A stretch of 62,814 bases of DNA, the filler included, from Phoronis australis (taxonomy: Eukaryota > Animalia > Phoronida): assembly GCA_002633005.1 (NCBI GenBank). It is 8 parts of 8 records of this genome, joined end to end, with 100 filler letters (N's around TTAATTAATTAA, not from the genome) between each part and the next. Parts side by side here need not be neighbours in the genome. Positions count along the whole stretch, not along the records: positions 31,798 to 43,265 come from NMRA01001543.1; positions 43,366 to 47,834 come from NMRA01002579.1; positions 47,935 to 51,570 come from NMRA01001560.1; positions 51,671 to 54,537 come from NMRA01003360.1; 4 more parts are not named here. One strand, 5' to 3'. Below are positions 38,879 through 51,944 of this stretch, piece by piece. Made by a program: the position numbers and the translations under genes. Position 1 is the stretch's first letter. Every line of letters starts with the position of its first letter. The notes under the pieces are model-generated. The model ran no database searches. It was not told the DNA's origin and saw only the letters and a list, made by a program, of their open reading frames with translations.

Positions 38879-39537
38879 GTTTGAGAAGAGTCTTGGTGGG
38901 AAAAAACGTAAAGATGTGCACCCTCACACTGCCAAAGATAAGAAATTTAAGACTGCTGATGATTCTGACAGTGGTGAAAATATTTCAGAAGTGGATGCAA
39001 CTCAACCACAGTTGTGTAGCTCCCTCATGTCTCAAGAAAGTGGTTATAAGGATAATCTAACTGATTCAGAATATCTGTTGTCATCAACTCGTTTTGATGA
39101 CTCATGTACTGGTGTGTCTGCTGAGCGTCTCAGACATTTGGAGGGTTCTCAGTCTGCACGGCAGTATTCAGTGTGGGATTTTAATGCTATTAATCTTCCG
39201 GATATTGCCAATAAAACTGGAATGTATGTTGTTCCATTGATGGGTAACACATCTCTGTTGCCTAAAAATATCTCTCAGCACATGGAGTATTCGATTGATA
39301 TCGACCGGTATCGTATCACTAGCAACAAATCGGGAATATCTAGAAAACCACAACCTGAAGCGGAGTTCTCGTATCAAGATTACACAAAGTGGAAGACATC
39401 TTCGAGTAATGCCAGGACCTGGCGTGAGCTTAAAAGGGAACTGAGGGAACGAAAGCCGGAGTTTATCAGCCCTGTCAGCCATCTTTGGACTGATGAAGTC
39501 ACACCTTTGATTAAACCTGAGGATGGTGTGTCTACAG
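38879..39537 (+). CDS. TSEN54: TSEN54 exon 6 (large, low-complexity)
   Basis: Open frame with WDFNAINLP, ARTWRELK and HLWTDEVTPLIKP motifs; phases match neighbours. Confidence 0.9.
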
Positions 39538-40106
39538 GTATTTTTGACTTAATTACAGGGGAGCTAAGCGGGCAAATAGAATCGTGGTGCAAAATTGTGT
39601 ACCAGAAATGTGTACAGGGACATTATGTAGGCTATGGTGTTTTAGTTTGTTTATAATGTAATCTGTTGAATTGTATCTACAATAATAATTCTATACAAAG
39701 CAATGTTAATGTTAGTCCAAAGCATTTTCCACTTGTCGGTCTCATGTTGCAATATTTAATCTGTGCCCTGTACTTTGTTTTGGGAGATTATTCATGTATT
39801 CTGTGACTGAGACAAGGAAAGGACACTCAAATCCCCTTATCACCAGCTTGTTGCTCCCTCTAATGCCGAGTCATGAAACCAGCCCATTTCTGTTTGACTA
39901 ACAGTGATAAGTTACCTTCAGCACATCAACTTGTTAATTCCTAGGTACTTAGTTCAGTCTCCAGCAGCTATGATGTGTCATTTCAATTTTTTCATAGAAA
40001 TCAATTGCATACCAGGCAACATTTTTATTGAACCCACTTTCAAAAATTTCAGATGGTCTCATGGGTGCATTCCTGTTTAAACTTGGCCATTTCATCTATA
40101 TTTTAG

Positions 40107-40275
40107 GTGCAGTTTTGGAAAAACTACAAGTCATCAAAAGCGTCAGTGTTTCAAAGGAAGATCCCGCCTTACTATGTCGCAACGAGTTCCAAATCAAGTT
40201 TGATGTCTACCCACCTGGTGGGAAGTATAAAAAGTCCAAGCCAGGTGTACCTGCGTTCAGAGTGTGCACTACTAG
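40107..40275 (+). CDS. TSEN54: TSEN54 exon 7 (terminal exon not located)
   Basis: AVLEKLQVI...IKFDVYPPGGKYKKSKPGVPAFRVC (cf. IIFDVY...FRKNNPGKP). Confidence 0.92.
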
Positions 40276-43200
40276 GTTTGTAATCACTACAAATGCTAGG
40301 TAAAATGGTGGAAATTGATCTTGGCCCTTTCGCTCTCAAGTTTTTTCAGAATTGCGTTCCCAGTGTCAGTTCAATTTCAGGGAAATGTAGAAAATAGGGA
40401 GCAATTATGAACACATCTGATTCAATGGTCAATGAAATACACACCTTTTATGAGGTTTAAGACTCGTATCTCAAACCAGAATTGTTTTGAATTTGAGTCA
40501 AAGCATCAATGATGGACAGCTAAGGGAGGCCATTGTATCAATCGCAATGCAACAGAAATCTTCAAAAAACGAGAACGAAATAGAAATAAAAACTGATTTT
40601 CATTCAGGGTCTGATAAAATTGCTGTCCTGTAGTCTGATGATGTCATTAAACTGGCGGTAGCTAACTCCCATGAGATTAAGAATTGATTTGGTCAAGAAG
40701 AGACAAGTAACCAACTCATGTTTGGCGGTAAGTCGGCAAAAGGTGCAGTTGGCAGTGAAAGAGGTAACAGTAAAATTACTAAAGGTTCATCCATGTATTG
40801 ACATTTTCAAAATGTACACCTTTGGCAGACTACCTCCATTGAAAGTGTGCGCGTCAAAATTGCTTCTTAAAAATATGTGGAACGATCCTCTTTTCAAATT
40901 TTACTGCATTCTTTGGAGGTTATTAAGATCACTCTGTTAAGCAGGGTGTGTACAAGTCAACGCACCCCCTTGTGTTGCTCAGGCAGGTTACACAGTAGAG
41001 GTTTGGACAGATCAACAAAGGAACAGCAGTTGTAATGCAGTTTATTTTTCTTTTCTTCAGACCGTTATTTGCTAACCAATTTTTGCCAATCAAACAACAA
41101 AAAAGTTCAATTTTAAGTGATGGATTTAGTTTAAAGACTGCAATGTCTAAGATGGATGAGAAAAAGTGTTGTCACAAACAGGTAGTAGTTATCACTGCCA
41201 ACCATCTCGGTTCCCTAGCGCCCAAACAAAAGAAGTCATAAATGTCCAGGTGCTGTGGTAATTGGCCATTGTGATCCCAACTCGAAAAAATCATTCATAG
41301 CTGCCAGTTGAGACATGATATGCAGCGCCTAGTGATTGATATACTGCTCTCTTCAGGTGATGGCCACCGTAGTTTGTTAGAGAATTTGAGAATAAAGCAC
41401 CTGTTGTCAGACCAAAAAAAAACATAGTTGGTTCTGGCCTCTAACCGATTAAATTATTAAACGTCCGTCTGCATCAGTTTCTACCAACGTTTTGCGTTTT
41501 TTGTTTTGTTGGAAATCTGCGCAAAAGGATGTGAGGAGATAGGCAAGATTTGGATCACCATGATTTGCCAAGCGATGAGTAAAAAACATCCGTATCATTT
41601 TTGCTCATTTCTGGTGGATTTTCTTTTTCAAAAATCAAATAACTAAAAAATTACTGCACCACTGACTTTATTTTCACAATAAAAACACAGATCAACACTT
41701 TTTTGGCCTTAACTCCCTTCGCCGTGACCTAATCTCTCAGCCATGTGTTGCTTGAGTGTTACCCCTCCCTCACCATCTTGTTTCTGGTGACGAGTATTAC
41801 AACCAGTTTCCACTGTTCTACAGGGACCGACAACTGGATTAGCCAAAACCCTCGTTCCTCATTTAAGGCTACATAGGGGCCTATCAACAAGACTGTACAT
41901 TTATCCAAATATCTACCAAACTATAGAATTTAACCCAGCAAAAATATATAATTTATGCAAGTAGAAATTTCGTAGAATTTGATTTTTGGCTTCATACCAC
42001 TAATTAGGTCACATGACCTTGCTTTTGTAAGGAAATTTAGCAAAAAAGAAATCTCCGTTCATAGCAAGACCGGATAAGTAACATGACAAAATTTCATACA
42101 ATACAAATATTTAAGATAAAACCTGAAAAATGCTTGTTACAGTTTTCGTTTATGCAACTCTGAAAATTTTCCTAAAAATCATTTTGTTCCTTTTTTATGG
42201 TCCCTCGTGCAAAAGCGGAAGATTTTAAAAACAATTCCTAACAGCCTGTTGAAGAACATTGTATAAAGCAATGTATCTGAAAGTTTCACGTGAATCTGAT
42301 CAGTCATTTCTGAGATACGATATTACGAATTTGGCCAAAACTGGAATTTTTCCAGGGATCTGCATACATTTAAGAGCTTAATGCAGTGGATAATTTAGTA
42401 TGTTTTACCTATTTTGTCAACACACCAAGTGAGAGGGCCTGGACTACTAAGTGGGTCACATTCACTTATTTGGACTGTGTTTAAATTTGATTCACTTCAT
42501 TGTCCTCGAATTTGTTTGAAATTGAATTTTTTATTCAAATTGTACAAATTCATAAACGCGCTAAAAATATCTAGTCTACATTTAATGTTTTGAAACATTC
42601 CAATAATTTTTCAATTCATTGTCTGTTACCACAGGAAGCTAAAAGCATAATTATAAAAATAAATTCATGCATGAAACATTCAACAAAACGCTAATTGTCA
42701 ATGAAAATGGTGCCTTTAGCAGAAAAATTGAAATGTTGAACTTGAAATCTGAATTTGTGTAGAGAAAACCTAATGCAGCAATTTGGTGGTGGTTTGTTTG
42801 GTTGTTTACTTGACATAAACAGCAAGCAAGTTTTAACAATAAAATGTAATTTATGACATCAGGACATTGTGTAAAATGTCCTTGTGAGGTTTCTAGTATT
42901 TTAATTACATATGCATTGTATGTGGGGCACACCAGTAGAAAATGCAAATCAAAGTACTAAGGGTTAGCATGTGTCTGATGGTAATATGAATGATGAGATG
43001 GTTATTGGATGGAACTTAATGTTAAGCGTAATTCTGATGGGAATGATCAATGCTTTTGTGAAGGAAAAAACATTTTCTATCTCTGACAAAAATCATTTCC
43101 TTGCATTGTCCATTTTGAGTAAACCTCACGGACCATTCAGATTGAGAATCATCATCGTGATTCTACCGCTAGATTCAGAAAGTTTCCAATTATTATTATA

Positions 43201-43365
43201 AGTGGATGTGTCTTCAGAAACTCCTGCACTGTCACAATCTGCTCAATCGACAGCATCAAAGATATNNNNNNNNNNNNNNNNNNNNNNNNNNNNNNNNNNN
43301 NNNNNNNNNTTAATTAATTAANNNNNNNNNNNNNNNNNNNNNNNNNNNNNNNNNNNNNNNNNNNN

Positions 43366-43439
43366 TCGGAATCCTGACCACAGCACCCACAATGCACCAT
43401 ATTAACCTAATTTCAATATGGCGTCGCTGCAAATCCGCT
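43366..43439 (-). mobile_element. Terminal fragment of the same ISL2EU-like element
   Basis: Near-exact reverse complement of 12827-12900, again flanked by AT; truncated by assembly pad. Confidence 0.9.
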
Positions 43440-45379
43440 ATAGCGACATTTTAAGAAATGTGCAGTATTTAATTTACCGCTGAGTACGTCTATGACTTAA
43501 ACGCAAATTTTGGGCATGTTTGATCTTTTATTTTGTTTGTTATCACTGCCACGTTATTTCTCACAAAACTTTCTATAATAAAACGAAAAAACAGCTATGC
43601 AAAAGGACAAATAGCTATTTTCTTTTGTGTTTAGGCGGTGATTAAGGGAGCTGGACACCTCACTCCCTACGACCAGCCAGAGAGATCATGGGACTTAGTA
43701 CGCAGGTTCATAGAGGGAGACAACTTCGGAGATGCTTGACTTCAGAATATTCTGTCAGTATAACTATTACAGTATGTGTATAAAATCTTATCAATAAACG
43801 CAGTGAAAATTTGACATACTCTTGATCTCGTAAGCATGTTTTCAAACTCGCTATTGTCTTTGCTCGTTCTTGTACCGAAACTGTGATCAGTGCATCAGCC
43901 GGAGCCTTTTTGGTAGCTTCATTTCAATGTTGATTTGATCTTGGTACGATATGCGTTGGTGTTGATCTTTCAAAGGCGACGTGTCACGTGTAAAATGAAG
44001 AACTAGAACTATTTTAATATGACATCAGTCTATGCGAAGCTGATGACTTTTATTCATTATATGTGGTATACTTTACCCTTTACATGTAGATATTTTTGAC
44101 TATATTTACTGAGGTCACGACCAGTATTCTATAGTTTGAAGCCTCATGACCACGCGATCAATATGGCGGTGTCCCGGCTTTTGGAATTATGCTGAGCAAC
44201 ACATTCTCTAAGATCTGTTTTGAACGTACGGTGTTTCATTGAAACAGATATAAGATACAGTATTTACCGTAATAAAGACACAGTACATGTTTATATGTAC
44301 AGCAAACTATCATCGAAGAGCAGCGGTGGCTTGGTGGCTTAGTGATGAGAAGGTTCTCAGGCTCAAACCCCGCCGTATACCTGGAAAATCGTTTCGAAAT
44401 GCACACCATGATTGGACTGTACTAGATACGGTACTCGCACTTCTAAGAACGATGTGAAGCTTGTAAATGACCAGAAAAACGACAAATATAATTAGGCTAC
44501 AGTAAAGTTCACATACATGTAGGTCAAAATGTTTTATACATGATGTTATTCAAAACTGTTTTATAAACTCACTGACTTTTTCACGTAAAGCCCCCAACAT
44601 CCTAATCTTTTTACTAGAAATGGAATTCGAAATTACGCTTGTCATTTTCTACTCTACTTTTATGCGAACTCAAGATAAGTGTCTATTATACCACAACATT
44701 AGCGTCAAATGGCAAATACAACCGTGTAATAACCCATAAAGTTATCTCACTAGTGAGATATCGATTTGGCGGGAAACCTAGGAAGGGGTCGAACCCGGGA
44801 CCCTAATATTGCTAGTCGCCGACGCAGCGACTGACGTCATCAAGATTGAAAATAGAATACTTAAATGAGCACGCGCAATAATCGCACGTTCAACAAACCA
44901 CATTGTACTGTACTTATACGCAACGAAAAATAAGACACATAATTTCCATAAAAATGATATCTTAATTCGGTGAAATTTTTCTCTCATGTCCTCTTACTTA
45001 AAAATCACCGATCTCTAGTTTGAATGCGGGTATCGTCTCGTTAGGATCTTTGCCTTGAGAATTATATTCAGTTACCAGTGGTAACCTACTTTAGCAGACG
45101 ATAATTTCCCGGTCGAAGCTTAGCGTGTAAAAAACGTGTTTTAAGCTATAATAGTTGCTTAACCTTAATTTAGAGATTCACTTCATTTCTATTTTTTTTT
45201 TAAATTTCCAATTGGTTTTGAGTATAAGTATTATTTGACAAAAATAGCTCGGCTTTTCTTAAAAGGTCACGACCTCCGACCCCGGGCCTCTGTCATGGAA
45301 AGTAGTTACAAAGCCGAGGCGAGTCGAGAAAGGTAGATCGATTCATTGCAATGTTTCTCGTTTAGTATGTGGTATAAAT

Positions 45380-45540
45380 AGATTATTACATGTTCTCAGT
45401 CTTTATCCCCCTTATCTAGAGCCCTCGTGGATTTTGTAGAAGTATCACCCTCGGGGCTAACGCCCCTCGGGCGATAATTCTCCAAAATCCACTCGGGCTC
45501 TAGATAACGGGGGATAACGTCTTCGCCATGTAATAATATA
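45380..45540. repeat. Fold-back palindromic MITE
   Basis: ATTATTACATG...TTATCCCC.TTATCTAGAGCCC..GTGGATTTTG arms mirrored around a central CCCTCGGGGCTAACGCCCCTCGGG. Confidence 0.8.
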
Positions 45541-46328
45541 TATTTATTCTATGCTCGAGTAGATAATGAATAACGTGTATAATGATTAGTCTTGGTTTGC
45601 AGTTGATAAACCCAACATTAAAGCTAAAAGTTCGAGTTGGAACTCGAAATTTCGAGTTTGTACTCCAGTTTATTGCACGAATATAAGGTTCATCAAGTGC
45701 AAACTTGGATTAGAAACTCATATGCGTAAATTATAATGTATGCGAGCACAGTCCAATAACCACTTATCTTAAGTTTGCACAAAATTAGCAGAGAAATTAC
45801 CAAAAATAATTTCGAGTTCGTTTCTAGTACAAGGATTAGGTTCAGGGCCCAGGTTTTCCATCGGCCAATTGATTATTGGAAGCATCAGTTAAGAGTCGGC
45901 GTCGAAAGTGGTCAATCGGCACCTCTTAACCGAATAACCATAAGCAATTCGCGTAGGGTACTGATGACATTCAGGGCTAGGTACGCGCACCTAATTATCC
46001 ATGGTGCATTACACTTCCAGCATCAAAATCCATCAACTGTTGTTAAGTGGCACTGAACGGTTAGCCTGCGGCCGCACCCAATTTGCAGTCCCAAAATATT
46101 TAAATCGAGGGGTTCATGTATGCCAGGCTTGGGGCATTTGAAGAAGGAATTGCATGTACACTGTAGGCTCAGTGAATGTGGTGTATTTGTATTTCTGAGC
46201 TGTTGTCAGTGAAAAAAGACTACTTGCTCGATTGTAACCGCACTCTTCTTCAAAATGGCAACGCCCTGTTGCAATTATTTAAGGCTGGGTAGGGACTGAG
46301 AAATTGGCTGCACTTTTAGGTTGCACTC

Positions 46329-47328
46329 TTTCACGTTCTCCCCCGTGTGTGGGTGGACGCAGGTTGTTACAGACCGGTGCTAATAGCTTTCGGTGCGACG
46401 ATTGACTGAAGACTGGTTCGAGTTAATCCTTTATTAATCCCGACCGTACGTTCACAAGCCTACTCAAACAAAACGTCCGACGTAATGTCTGTTCTATGCT
46501 CCAGCCAGTGCTGCAAAGCCTTGACTTGTGATATACTTCTGAGACACGTTCAGCAACTGTTACACTCGTCTGTTCAATAACCTGCTGTCTCTATAGCTGG
46601 CTCTCTATTGATTATCGCTGTAACTGCTGATTCTCTTCACTGCAACTCAACTGCAGTTCTCCTGATTAACTTACTTGAACTCATCGATTAACTGACTTGA
46701 TCTTCTCTTTAACTGACTCGATCTTCTCTTGAACTGACTTGATCTTCCTAACACAAACCCGTGCTTGTGTATTTAGAGCCTACTGCATTGTTCTGGAACT
46801 TTTCATCAATTCAAGCACATTCTAGAACTTTCCTGAATCTACCCAACTATTCTACAAACATATACTAGTCTCTAGAATATTCCAGACTGCATTAATCACC
46901 GTCATGCTAGAGTCTTCTAGAAAGTTCCACACTATACTGTAGTAAGCAAATTACATCATCACTGTTCTGACCTCAGTCTTCTAGAAAGTTCCACACTATA
47001 TTGTAGTAAAAAAATTACATCATCACTGTACTTAACTNATTCTAGAACTTTCCTGAATCTACCCAACTATTCTACAAACATATACTAGTCTCTAGAATAT
47101 TCCAGACTGCATTAATCACTGTCATGCTAGAGTCTTCTAGAAAGTTCCACACTATACTGTAGTAAACAAATTACATCATCACTGTTCTGACCTCAGTCTT
47201 CTAGAAAGTTCCACACTATATTGTAGTCAACAAATTACATTATCACTGTACTTAACTCAGGGGTCATGCCAATCAAAAAGAATAACAAAACAAAACAATA
47301 CAACTAAAAATACTGTCAGACTATGACA
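46329..47328 (-). mobile_element. Solo LTR inserted in a dispersed repeat
   Basis: 5-bp TSD CACTC (46324-28, 47329-33); T(T)TCA...TGACA ends; AATAAA on minus strand; empty site seen in the 32200 copy; includes ~220-bp duplication across a single n. Confidence 0.75.
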
Positions 47329-47934
47329 CACTCAAACAAGCCAGATTTGCAAAAAAATAGTTAGTTGCCAATATTTTTGGACCATGTTTTTGGAATCAGT
47401 AGGAGATTTGAAATTAAGAATCTAATGTTGGCTTTAGTCATGCATCGGCAGGGAAGCGCCGATTTGTTGTTTTTTTTTGCCTCTTTCTTTTCTTAGGATT
47501 GAAGGGGTCGAAAATACATTGTACAAGAGAGAACACATTTTCTCTGCTCATCTATAGGGTTTAGCATGGTGTGAAATTACTCAAAACTTCTCATTCTCTA
47601 CATGTACCTGTGCATAAGGTTTTTGACCAGGTGAAGAGAGGTTGACGAGTACATTGACGTGTGTTCTGTTTATCAAAATCCATAGCTGTGCTTATCTAAT
47701 ATGGAAAAAGTCCGTAACTGGTTCAAGCTAAGTGTGAGATATGAACTCATTATGTTACCCTCACCTACCAGCATTTGTTTGTTATTCAACTTAGATGGAA
47801 GGAATTGGACTTCTGAAACTCCATTACGAGATTTNNNNNNNNNNNNNNNNNNNNNNNNNNNNNNNNNNNNNNNNNNNNTTAATTAATTAANNNNNNNNNN
47901 NNNNNNNNNNNNNNNNNNNNNNNNNNNNNNNNNN

Positions 47935-48375
47935 TTTAATCTCAACTTGACAGTAAAAGGTGTTTCTGACATCTAAGAAAAACGGGCACTCAAACAGAAA
48001 ATGTAGTTCAGTTTCGACCTGACCAGTGTGACAAACACAGCAAATTCTATTATCAAAATCTAGAGAACGAAAACGCCCAACCTCAACCAATAGCAGTAGG
48101 GTTTCGGTTCTAATTTGAGCAAGAATTGACCTACTAGGCCGAGTTAAACCTAAATGCACGTAAGGCTCAACTTCAAAGACATTCTTCATCAAAACATATT
48201 GGTTCTTAACTTTGGTTTCGAACGGCTTTCAATCAACCACCTAATTACAGGCTAAATCATGCAAAATATTCTTACAATGAGACAGATTAACTGAACGTAA
48301 GTTATGAAAACAATCCGAAATCCCTAATTCTTCCAAAATGCTCAAGACTTCAGAAGACCAATTATTAGTACAAGT
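47935..48375 (-). mobile_element. CR1/L2-type LINE ORF2 C-terminal fragment
   Basis: RSILAQIRT...VEVGRF...RICCVC...VETELHFLFECPFF motif; smaller similar HFLLVCPTY remnant near 42900-42950. Confidence 0.8.
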
Positions 48376-49873
48376 AGTTCAAACAGAGGGAAATTAGGGG
48401 ATATCACTTAATTTTCCTTGGCAAATTTTTTACACCGGCGTTTCTGATTGGCTAGTCGAATTCTCAACAGGCAGCGCTTTACGCAAACAAACTGGCATAA
48501 CTGATGGACTGAAGTGTAAATGTAGTCTGTTGCACAGACAAATCGGTGTTTAAAATTTATGTTCAGGAAATGTGAAGCCTAGAAATTGTGATTGCGCCTT
48601 TTCAGAGTGCATCTTTCTACTATCTATGACTTTTGTTTACTATACTGTCCTGTATTCATACAGTATGAATAACACACCGGCTAAATCGGCCAGTGTGATA
48701 TGTGTTTATTGTACCATGTGGAGAATTTCTCGCTTACACTGATCACCGCTCAGATTCCCTTCGCCCCAGACAACTTTTATGATGCCTATTCAGCACGCCC
48801 TTTGTATTGATGTAGATTTGAGCGAATGAAGTGGAAAGATAATAGCTAGCATTACTGTCTCAACAATGGTTGTTGTTAGTACACCCAATTTGGTTTTCTC
48901 TGACATTTTCAGAGTTACAGCCTGCAACTCTGGAGAGTAGTTTTAGCTCAGTACATTATAAATATTACAAAATGACTAAAAAGGCTAACTTGTGTTTATC
49001 TTCATAAAGGACCACTTCCAAAGGAACGATATGTTTCATATTGGTTTTCGTTATTTAATTTTTAATGCTTCTGCCCACTTGTTTTTTTTTTCTTACCGGG
49101 AACAGGCTGATACCTTTTATCTAAGTTTTAAACTTGAAGTGCCAAAACAGTGTCAGATTTTGATCGCCCGCGAATTTTAAGTTCATTGTGAGCCCATTCC
49201 TAAACTTTCCATAGTACAGGTACACTAAATATTTCACGTGTCATTAAAGTTTAATCTTTATTAAAACTCAAATCATAAAATATGTACAAAAGTGATAACC
49301 AGAAATGAAGATTTGGGATCTCTGTGGACAATTTCGGTGGCAATGACCACATAACTATTCTAGCTCTGTCAGTAATAAAAAAATGAAAAGTGGGCACAAG
49401 TTAAGTACCATTGTTTCCTGGTCAAAAATCTGGTTAAACGAGATTGAAAGAATATTAAAAATGAATCCATGTGATATTGCTAACTCTGATCAGCGTTTGT
49501 ATATCCATCGAGTATATCAATTCGCGCTGTAATTTATCTTCAATCGTACCCAATGGTTGTAGTTTTTAGATTATTAGTTCATCGATTTTTAAAAATCGAA
49601 AACCGTACTTGGTTGTTTTTTTTTCAACTGAATACCGCCGTGGTGTTCGTTTTTAACGAAAATTAGTGGTTAATGCATTTTAAAAATTTGCTATTATGTA
49701 CAGTCAGAGATGTTTAATACTGTTTATCGTCGGATAATTACATTTAATTGGTTCTTGCTCGCATCGGGCAATGCGGTAATCACAATTGTACCCGATTCCG
49801 GCGCCGCGCTCTCTTTGATCCTAGTAAAAGCCGCTCAGAAGGACGAGCGGTGAAAATTCCCGCATATCTTTAA

Positions 49874-50423
49874 AGGCGAAGGCAACCTTTTTTCATGTCA
49901 CTTTTAGCAAAAATAAGGTTCGTTGATTATCCCAGACACATTTTTCACTTAATTACATCTTTTCTTAATTTGATTAATTTCTCGTCCTCTACTCCGGAAG
50001 TGACGATTTGGGAGGCAAGAGATTCTCGCCAATTTCTTTTCATTATAGTCTGACTGTGAGAGCTGTCGAGTCAGTCATTGTTCTACCTCGGTTGTGATAA
50101 GTCGTCGTCGTTTGCTTTTGTTAACAAGTCAGTCAACATGCCACGCAGTTGCTGCGTGCCGGGATGTTCTCATTATCGTCTCACACGCGCTTTGGGTACT
50201 AGCAGTGATTCGCCCTGTGTTGTCTCTAGCTCCGGCAGAGCCTATAAGCAGCCCTACAGCGATGGTGAGTAGTGGGAGTGAATACAGACCCAGTTCGACA
50301 CCCAGTGAAGAGGGCAGTTCGTCATCCAATGAACAGATCGGTGAGCCTAAGTTTGATAAGTTTATTGTGGACTGTATTGGAGCTGTTTGGAAGGTGCCAG
50401 GTGTGTGACGAGGGAGTCACACG
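49874..50423 (+). mobile_element. Left end of Kolobok-like THAP transposon remnant
   Basis: TTAA|AGG terminus; MPRSCCVPGCS THAP start at 50138; later KFIV...LELFGRCQVC; cut at single n (50424). Confidence 0.55.
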
Positions 50424-50690
50424 NTACGACTCCAGTGAGCACGATTTTGAGTATGAAATCTCGAGTATGAGTATGAGTCTGAGTACGGAGATTGGAGACC
50501 TTCGCGGCCAAATGGGGGGCAAGACCCCATCCCGGCAACATTATATCGGAGAACAGTGGAGGTGGAACTCAAAAGAATCAGAAGATGCTGTCTTAAGTCA
50601 TATCCGTAGCGCTTACGACGATGACCCCCTACTCGACCAATCGTATTCTGAGGAATCCGCAGGTCGCACTCCAGCACGTACTTGTCTACG

Positions 50691-50840
50691 CATAGGCGGA
50701 TCCAGGGGGGTCAAGGGATCCGGAGCCCCCTTTTCCCCTTGATTCCAGTGATATCAAATCTATAATTTTCAAATTTTTGACTTGGTCTCCCCTTTCAAAA
50801 AGTCCTTGACCGCCCTCCCCTAATCCTAAATCCGCCACTG
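50691..50840. mobile_element. hAT-like MITE with 5-bp TSD
   Basis: CATAGGCGGATCC...AATCCGCCACTG; TSD CTACG on both sides. Confidence 0.85.
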
Positions 50841-50947
50841 CTACGATTGATCTTGTATCGTAGTTAAACTGAATATTGAAAATAGTCCATTTTAGCTCTA
50901 AAACTGCGTCGCAAATGCACTCCGCGGCATCATTCAGTTGTACCCAT

Positions 50948-51570
50948 TGTTGTGTATTGGCAATGCTACTTGTGGTTTTCCTTAGAATATAGTCACGTGG
51001 TATTTATGCCCACAAGCCACGTGCTCATCCCCTTCTTGTATTAGTTCTCCAAGTGAATAGACGTATTATAATTTACTCTCATCTGTGTTGTTTTACTGGT
51101 TCTACGAACACAACATTTTGGCGACGAGGATAAAAATGGAAGATCTTGCGATTAAACCATTTATTCTTCATCCCACGGAGTCGGCTGGTTCCCGTTGGGA
51201 ATTGTGGATTAAGCGACTTGACAATTATTTGGTGGCAAAGAACATTACTCAGGATCCGCGCAAGAAAGCCACGCTTCTGCACTATGCGGGGGAGGAAGTC
51301 TTTGTCATAAATGATTCTCTTCCTACGGAAGAAAATGAGACATACGACCAATTGAAAAAGAAACTTTCGGACCATTTTTCGCCGAAGCGGAATACAGAAT
51401 ATGAAGTTTACCAATTCCGACAAGCCACCCAGACCACGTCTGAGACTTTAGATATGTTTTGCGCTCGGTTACGGACGCTTGCGAAACATTGCGATTTCGC
51501 CGACGTTGATCGGGAGATCAAATCACAGATTATTCAGAAGACTACGATGGAGAAAGTGCGCCATAAAGGA
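50948..51570 (+). mobile_element. 5' end of Ty3/gypsy LTR retrotransposon: LTR (50948-51115), PBS, gag
   Basis: TGTTGTGT...ACACAACA perfect 8-bp LTR termini; PBS TGGCGACGAGGA at 51119 (complementary to a tRNA-Ser 3' end); runs into pad. Confidence 0.9.
51136..51570 (+). CDS. Gag (K02A2.6-like), partial
   Basis: Intact ORF RWELWIKRLDNYL...KATLLHYAG...F.PKRNTEYE...RLRTLAKHCDF. Confidence 0.85.
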
Positions 51571-51852
51571 NNNNNNNNNNNNNNNNNNNNNNNNNNNNNN
51601 NNNNNNNNNNNNNNTTAATTAATTAANNNNNNNNNNNNNNNNNNNNNNNNNNNNNNNNNNNNNNNNNNNNTACTGTTTTGAAGAGTTTAGCATGGTGCCA
51701 TGGAAATAAATACGTGTGTCATTGTTATCTAAATGGATATTTTGTGGTTGGCGCTTTAATATCACAACACAATTAATACCTTCCGCAGATGATATCTGAG
51801 ATAGAAAAATACCTGTCTAAGATGGTATCTGAGAAGACAAAGCATTCTTCGC

Positions 51853-51944
51853 TAGTGCTCCTGTCCTCTGAGGAGAGGGGCATAGTGCTCCTGTCCTCTG
51901 AGGGGAGGGGGCATAGTGCTCTTGTCCTCTGAGGGGAGGGGCAT
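51853..51944 (+). repeat. 30-bp tandem repeat, ~3 copies
   Basis: TAGTGCTCCTGTCCTCTGAGG(A/G)GAGGGGCA. Confidence 0.9.

Noticed and set aside
44319-44830. tRNA-like A/B box fragments
   Set aside because: No foldable cloverleaf; at best degenerate SINE heads
46819-47257. ~220-bp near-identical tandem duplication
   Set aside because: Copies are separated by a single n (47038); most likely an unmerged contig or haplotype overlap
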